Below are positions 59,107 to 64,000 of a DNA stretch of 64,000 bases, one piece after another (the stretch's first letter is position 1; every line of letters begins with the position of its first letter). A model generated the notes under the pieces. That model saw only the letters and a list, made by a program, of their open reading frames with translations, had not been told where the DNA came from and did no database searches. The stretch is taken from positions 76,186 through 140,185 of the forward strand of contig JBBIIG010000004.1 of the NCBI GenBank assembly GCA_037446635.1, written 5' to 3'. Both the position numbers and the translations under genes were made by a program. The DNA is from a bacterium (GTDB lineage: Bacteria > Zhuqueibacterota > Zhuqueibacteria > Oceanimicrobiales > Oceanimicrobiaceae).

Positions 59107-62100
59107 ATGTTTAAACTGAAAACAACTCTGATCGTTTTATTGGGCTTGCTGTTCGTTGGGCCGTTTTCGACGGCGCTGCAGGCCCAGCCACAGGACGTGG
59201 ACGCCGTTGTGACTCCCGATGAAATAGAAATTGCCGTGGGCGGCAGCGTTCAATTAGAGGTCTTTGCGTTTACGATCGGTGCCGCCGGGCGCACCCCGGT
59301 GGACGCCGCCAGCATCCAGTTCACCGTTGAACCGGATTCCATCGGCGCCGTTTCCGAAGACGGATTTTTTGTTGCCGGCCGGCATGTGGGCACCGCCTTC
59401 ATCAAAGTTCGGATTGTGGTTGGCGATCGCGTCATCGAAAAGGTGGTCGTCATCATCATTGGCCATTTGCCGCGCCCATTTTTTGACGCCGCGGTCGTGC
59501 CGCAGCGGGCGCTGGTTCCCATTGGCGGCCAGCAGCAGTTTGAAGCGGTGGTGCGAAAGCCCAACGGCGACGTAGTGGAACCCGAACACGTGCGCTGGGA
59601 AGTCATTCCGTCGCATCTCGGCGAGATTAGCGACGACGGCTTGTTCACCGCTGGGAACGAAATCGGGCAGGGCAAAGTCATCGCGATTATTGAGGTCGAC
59701 AACCTGCGGCTGCGGGCAGCGGCCAACGTTTTTGTCGCGCCGCCGGCCACCGCTGCCATCACCGGCAATGTGACCAATGACGATGGTGGCGCCCCCATCG
59801 CCGGTGCCCGCGTCAAGGCCATTCTGCTGGGTCGGATTCACTGGGTGGTGCGCGCCGAAACCGACAACCTCGGCAACTACGAAATCACCGGCCTCGTCCC
59901 CGGCGACTACGTGGTGTTTGCCAATGCCCCCGGTTTCATTGGCGAATTTTTTGACAACACCCGCCTCTATCGCGAAGCCACGGTGATACAATTGGAAGAT
60001 AATGAAACGCAAGAAAACATCAATTTCGGTTTAAGCGAAGGCGGCAAAATTGCCGGCACGGTGATCGCTGACAGCGACAGTCTGCCGCTGGCCGATGCGC
60101 ACGTGGTAGCATTTTTGAGAGTCAACCCGCGCATCGCCCGCCACGCCCTCACCGATGAAAACGGCGATTATTTGATCGATGGCCTTCCCCCGGGCTCCTA
60201 TGCCGTAAAAGCCGACGCCGTGGGCTATCACGCCGAATTTTATAACGACGCCCGCGATCTGGCGGATGCCGACCTCATCGATATCGCCGCCAATGAAACC
60301 GTCGAAAATATCGACTTTGCACTGGGCATCGCCAGCGCCATCCGCGGCGTAATCACCAGCGCCAAAGACGGCGCCCCCATCGCCGGCGCGCGCGTGCACG
60401 TGTTCGATGCGCCGTTCTTTAATCACCGCCTGCCTATTTTCCGCGAAACCCGCAGCAACGAAAACGGCGAGTACATCGTGCAGGTTCGCCCCGGCGGGTA
60501 CTACGTCTTTGCCGCTGCAGAAGGCTTTAACGGCGAATTTTATGATGACACCCGAGATCTCAGAGAAGCCGATCTGGTGCTGGTCTTCCCGGATTCCCAC
60601 ACCACCGGCATCGACTTCGCGCTGACGCCGCGCGGCTCCATCTCCGGCGTGGTGACCGACCAGGCGACCGGACTGCCCGTCATCGGCGCGGTGGTGGAAG
60701 CCTTCAGCGAAAACCCCGTGATTAACTTCGCCACCACCGTAGCTGGCTTCCGCGCCCGCACCGATTCCTCCGGCAACTACACCATCAATAATGTTCCAAC
60801 TGGCAAATACCTGGTGGTAGCCCACGCCCAAGGTTATTTGCCGGAATTTTTTAGAGAAGCCGCCACAAAAGGCGACGCCGAGTTGGTGTCCGTCGAAGAC
60901 GATACCGAGGTGCAGGGCATCGATTTCACCCTTGAACGCGGCGGCAGCATTTCCGGATTGGTGGCCTCGGAAGGCGACAGCTTGCCCATCGCCGGCGCGC
61001 TGGTGAAAGTTTTTGCCTCCAATAATCGCCGGCACCTGCGCACCTTCACCGGCAACGACGGCGCCTATCGCGTGGATGGCCTCCCCACCGGCGTTTATTT
61101 CGTGCAGGTGATTGCGCGGGGATTTTTCTCTGAATTTTATGACAACGCCCGCGGCCTGGCAAACGCCACCCCTGTCGAAGTGACCGCCCCGGATGAAACC
61201 GATAGCATCGATGTTTATTTGGAAAAGAAAGAGCGCCGGCGCGGCACCATCGCTGGGCGGGTGGTTTCGGAAGTGGATGAAACCCCCATCTTCGGCGCGC
61301 TAGTGATCGCGGTGCGGCCCAGCCTGCGTTTCCCTCATTTCGCATTTACTGATCCGGACGGCAACTACGAAATCACTGACCTGGCTCCGGGACGGTACCA
61401 TGTTTTCGCCTGGGCCGAAGGCTTCCTCGGCGAATTCTTTGATGACGCCGAACGATTCCGCGACTCCGACCCGGTTTTCGTAGAATCCAATCAAGTCACC
61501 GGCGGCATCGACTTCGAGCTGGCGCCGCGCGAACAAACCGGCATTTACATCGTCCGTGGGAAAATTGTCGCGGCGAATATGGGCAACGGTTTGACTGCCG
61601 AGGGTCCCATTGAAGGCGCGCTGGTTCACGCCAAAACCAACGGCGTCATTGAAGCCAACGCGGTAACCGACGCCAACGGCGAGTACGTTTTCTTTGACCT
61701 GCCGGCGGGCGTGTATGAAATTGAGGCCACGGCCGCGGGCTACGAGGACGCCGCTTTTGCCGCGGCGGTCCCCGTAAGCGAAGGTCAGGACGCGGAGAAC
61801 ATCAATCTCACGATGACCATCGATAACGTCACCGGCGTCGAGGACGACGGCGGCGCGCTGCCGGAAAAATTCGCGCTGTTCCAAAACTATCCGAACCCCT
61901 TCAACCCGCAAACCACCATCAAATACCAGCTCGCTCAGCCTGCCGAAGTGACGCTGAAGATTTTCAACGTCCTCGGCCAGCAAGTCCGAACGCTGGTGAA
62001 CAAACAGCAACCGGCGGGAACGTATTCGGTGCAGTGGGACGGCGCAGATGACCTCGGCCGCCAGGTCGCGTCCGGAATTTACATCTTCCAAATTAGCGCC

Positions 62101-62145
62101 GGCGACGCCTTTAAAGTCTCGAAACGAATGCTGCTTTTGAAGTAA
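59107..62145 (+). CDS. Secreted protein with Ig-like and tandem carboxypeptidase-regulatory-like domains plus FlgD-Ig/T9SS-type tail
   Basis: AAGGAGG SD, signal peptide, repeated G.I.G.V...PI.GA.V...TD..G.Y.I..L.PG.Y...EF(F/Y)D units, C-terminal FQNYPNPFNPQTTI. Confidence 0.85.
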   Translation: MFKLKTTLIVLLGLLFVGPFSTALQAQPQDVDAVVTPDEIEIAVGGSVQLEVFAFTIGAAGRTPVDAASIQFTVEPDSIGAVSEDGFFVAGRHVGTAFIKVRIVVGDRVIEKVVVIIIGHLPRPFFDAAVVPQRALVPIGGQQQFEAVVRKPNGDVVEPEHVRWEVIPSHLGEISDDGLFTAGNEIGQGKVIAIIEVDNLRLRAAANVFVAPPATAAITGNVTNDDGGAPIAGARVKAILLGRIHWVVRAETDNLGNYEITGLVPGDYVVFANAPGFIGEFFDNTRLYREATVIQLEDNETQENINFGLSEGGKIAGTVIADSDSLPLADAHVVAFLRVNPRIARHALTDENGDYLIDGLPPGSYAVKADAVGYHAEFYNDARDLADADLIDIAANETVENIDFALGIASAIRGVITSAKDGAPIAGARVHVFDAPFFNHRLPIFRETRSNENGEYIVQVRPGGYYVFAAAEGFNGEFYDDTRDLREADLVLVFPDSHTTGIDFALTPRGSISGVVTDQATGLPVIGAVVEAFSENPVINFATTVAGFRARTDSSGNYTINNVPTGKYLVVAHAQGYLPEFFREAATKGDAELVSVEDDTEVQGIDFTLERGGSISGLVASEGDSLPIAGALVKVFASNNRRHLRTFTGNDGAYRVDGLPTGVYFVQVIARGFFSEFYDNARGLANATPVEVTAPDETDSIDVYLEKKERRRGTIAGRVVSEVDETPIFGALVIAVRPSLRFPHFAFTDPDGNYEITDLAPGRYHVFAWAEGFLGEFFDDAERFRDSDPVFVESNQVTGGIDFELAPREQTGIYIVRGKIVAANMGNGLTAEGPIEGALVHAKTNGVIEANAVTDANGEYVFFDLPAGVYEIEATAAGYEDAAFAAAVPVSEGQDAENINLTMTIDNVTGVEDDGGALPEKFALFQNYPNPFNPQTTIKYQLAQPAEVTLKIFNVLGQQVRTLVNKQQPAGTYSVQWDGADDLGRQVASGIYIFQISAGDAFKVSKRMLLLK

Positions 62146-62155
62146 AAGGCTAAAC

Positions 62156-62200
62156 GTGCCACGCACAAGTGCCACGCACTTCAAAAGTGCGTGGCACTTT
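62156..62200. repeat. REP-like palindrome with partial tandem duplicate
   Basis: GTGCCACGCAC-AAGTGCCACGCACTTCAAAAGTGCGTGGCACTT. Confidence 0.8.
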
Positions 62201-62214
62201 ATAAGACACATAAA

Positions 62215-62268
62215 AAGGGGGTCGGGTGCAAATCAGAAGAGCGAGTGGTCTCCTCATCCGGCCCCCTT
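62215..62268 (+). terminator. GC-rich hairpin downstream of the large secreted-protein gene
   Basis: AAGGGGGTCGGGTG ... CATCCGGCCCCCTT. Confidence 0.5.
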
Positions 62269-62402
62269 AAAAAACTTCGTGCTCTTTGCACTAACCGCAA
62301 AGAACGCAATGCTGACGCAAAGGATGCTAAAAAATTGGCGTTGAAATTCAATAAAAGAATTTTAAATTGGGTAAAATTCATGAATCATCGTCTGGAGGGT
62401 GA

Positions 62403-62501
62403 ATGAGCAAGCAGTACAATCGAGTTGAAAAAAGGCGGCGGCGCTTGCGGCGCATCAAACGGCAGCGTGAGCGAATCAAGGCCGCGGCCAAATCGAAGTA
62501 A
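62403..62501 (+). CDS. 32-aa highly basic small protein
   Basis: GGAGGGT SD at 62394-62400; MSKQYNRVEKRRRRLRRIKRQRERIKAAAKSK; followed by a hairpin. Confidence 0.65.
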   Translation: MSKQYNRVEKRRRRLRRIKRQRERIKAAAKSK

Positions 62502-62508
62502 TGCCGGA

Positions 62509-62544
62509 AACGCCGCCCCTCTACCACCAAAGGAGGGCGGCGTT
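62509..62544 (+). terminator. Hairpin after small basic ORF
   Basis: AACGCCGCCC ... GGGCGGCGTT. Confidence 0.5.
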
Positions 62545-62661
62545 GAATTCATCCGATGGTACTCGCAGTGCACTCAGCAGCTAAAGTAATAAGCCCGAAA
62601 AACAAAGAGGGGAAATGGATGTTAAAATCAGCAGTCAAAATTTTATAAACAATATGGCTCG

Positions 62662-64000
62662 ATGTCCATTGGCGTGGAAAAACTTTTTAGACCCCAATCC
62701 CTCTCGATTCTTGGCTTTCTTGCGCTCTTCGCGCTAAACGGCGCGCTCTCCAGCCAGGAACTTCAAAACCCCCAGTCTATTGCCGCAATCGATTCAATCA
62801 CCGTGAATGAAAGCGAACACGCGCTTTATGAAATCGAGCGCCTGCGCTTCGAACGCTGGGTCATCGCCAACACCGAAAAATTAACCGACCCGCTGTTGCT
62901 GAAAGAAATCGTGCGGCTGAAAAAAGAGGCCGACGCCTTTGCCGAAAAGGACGATTTCACCCTGGCGCTCATTTGGATGGAAACCATTTGGGACTTATTG
63001 AAACCGGACAGCTCACAGACCAGCAGCAACGAGTTGAGCTCAGATTTGGTGAACGATTTTGCCGGCGGCCCTCTCCTGGAGCCTTCCCCAAAATTCCGCT
63101 GGACGAAAGAACTCGTCACCGGCATCGACGTGTGGCGGCAGGAATTTCAATTCACGTTTTTCGAAGGCGACAGCTCTTTCCTCGAAGGCAGCGGCAATCC
63201 TTATTCCGGCGTGCGCGCCGTGTTCGAATACAACCCAAACGCCCGGCAATCCTTCCAGACGCTGGCGTTTTTCAAATACAGCCGCGATTATCTCGCCGGC
63301 GATCTGGAAATCCGCTTGCGAAATCCGCTGGGCCAAAACTCGGCGTGGCGGCTGGAAAACCGATTCGAGGGCTCCTCGTTTTATCGCGACTTCGACTTAA
63401 AATATTTACAGAACCGCACCACGCTCGCTTTCGATTTGCGGCGGCTGGGGCCCCTCGCCATCGATCTCAAAGAAGAATTTCAGTTGCGAAATTACGCGGA
63501 CAGCGGCAGCACATATCCAAATTACTACCACAACACACTCAGTGGATTAGCGAAAATTTACACCAACCTCGGCTCCTATTTGGGCGCCGGCTACCGCAAC
63601 ACGGTGCGCGGACATCCGGATTTTAAAACCAACGACTACTTTGAAAACCGTTTTGAGTTTTCATGGTATCAGACGTTGGGCCGCGAGTTGAGCTTCTCCG
63701 TCGTAAACGACCTGTACTTTCGCGAGTACCCGAACGCGCCGGCCGATACCATCTTTCAGGATTATCGCGAAAACTATTTTCGCACGGATGTCAAAATTCC
63801 GTTCACCGCCATTTGGGGAGCTGAAATAGAAGGCAGCGTCACCAGCCGCGATTACAAAAATCTGAACGTGAATTTTCCGGACAATACCCTCTGGGAAATC
63901 GAACCGCGGCTGTATCTCAAAATAGGAAGGGACTGGCAAGTTTCCGCCGGCGGATACTACAGCGAGCTGAATCACCAGAAATTTCCGCTGGCCTCCACCG
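62662..64000 (+). CDS. Putative outer-membrane beta-barrel protein, 5' part (runs off window)
   Basis: Open frame to the window end. Signal-like LSILGFLALFALNGALS, a short helical domain, then alternating aromatic beta-strand patterns (e.g. ENRFEFSWYQ, EIEPRLYLK). Confidence 0.7.
   Translation, partial: MSIGVEKLFRPQSLSILGFLALFALNGALSSQELQNPQSIAAIDSITVNESEHALYEIERLRFERWVIANTEKLTDPLLLKEIVRLKKEADAFAEKDDFTLALIWMETIWDLLKPDSSQTSSNELSSDLVNDFAGGPLLEPSPKFRWTKELVTGIDVWRQEFQFTFFEGDSSFLEGSGNPYSGVRAVFEYNPNARQSFQTLAFFKYSRDYLAGDLEIRLRNPLGQNSAWRLENRFEGSSFYRDFDLKYLQNRTTLAFDLRRLGPLAIDLKEEFQLRNYADSGSTYPNYYHNTLSGLAKIYTNLGSYLGAGYRNTVRGHPDFKTNDYFENRFEFSWYQTLGRELSFSVVNDLYFREYPNAPADTIFQDYRENYFRTDVKIPFTAIWGAEIEGSVTSRDYKNLNVNFPDNTLWEIEPRLYLKIGRDWQVSAGGYYSELNHQKFPLAST

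Noticed and set aside
62701..62740. CTT(G/C)GC periodic run as another repeat element
   Set aside because: It encodes the hydrophobic signal peptide of the last ORF.

Overview
Bacterial chromosomal window, probably from an FCB-superphylum lineage such as KSB1 or a Calditrichota relative. That placement is inferred only from secreted proteins ending in an NYPNPFNP/FlgD-Ig sorting domain and from gene content. Positions 1-50 kb are almost entirely on the minus strand. In transcription order they carry: a TRAP dctQM pair; a putative tricarboxylate/2-oxoacid cluster (LeuC/HacA-like aconitase subunit, YpdA, LpdA, LipB, an ACL/citryl-CoA-synthetase-like ligase whose large subunit is fused to a ferredoxin domain, citryl-CoA lyase, HD protein, (homo)isocitrate dehydrogenase-like enzyme, PrpD, E1 alpha/beta); a complex I region with nuoA-B-CD-E-F-G-H-I followed by a second, separately promoted nuoB-C-I-D set; a FadF/HdrD-like membrane Fe-S oxidoreductase; a secreted GH13 amylase; mhq-like genes; and prfB (programmed frameshift)-alr-lysS-lolE-lolD-mcsA. 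Positions 50-64 kb are on the plus strand: acid phosphatase, dapF, DUF488, NYN, a histidine kinase/NtrC pair with a sigma54 promoter driving secreted proteins, a 32-aa basic ORF and a partial outer-membrane protein. The most striking feature is the gene junctions. Eleven co-oriented toxin-antitoxin modules (several with decayed toxins), two genes bounded by integron attC-like core sites, a displaced alternative 3' end of a host gene, and many 7/8/9-nt periodic inverted arrays and REP-like palindromes sit between core genes. No integrase or transposase, rRNA, tRNA or CRISPR array was recognised. All family assignments come from motif recognition by eye, without database searches.
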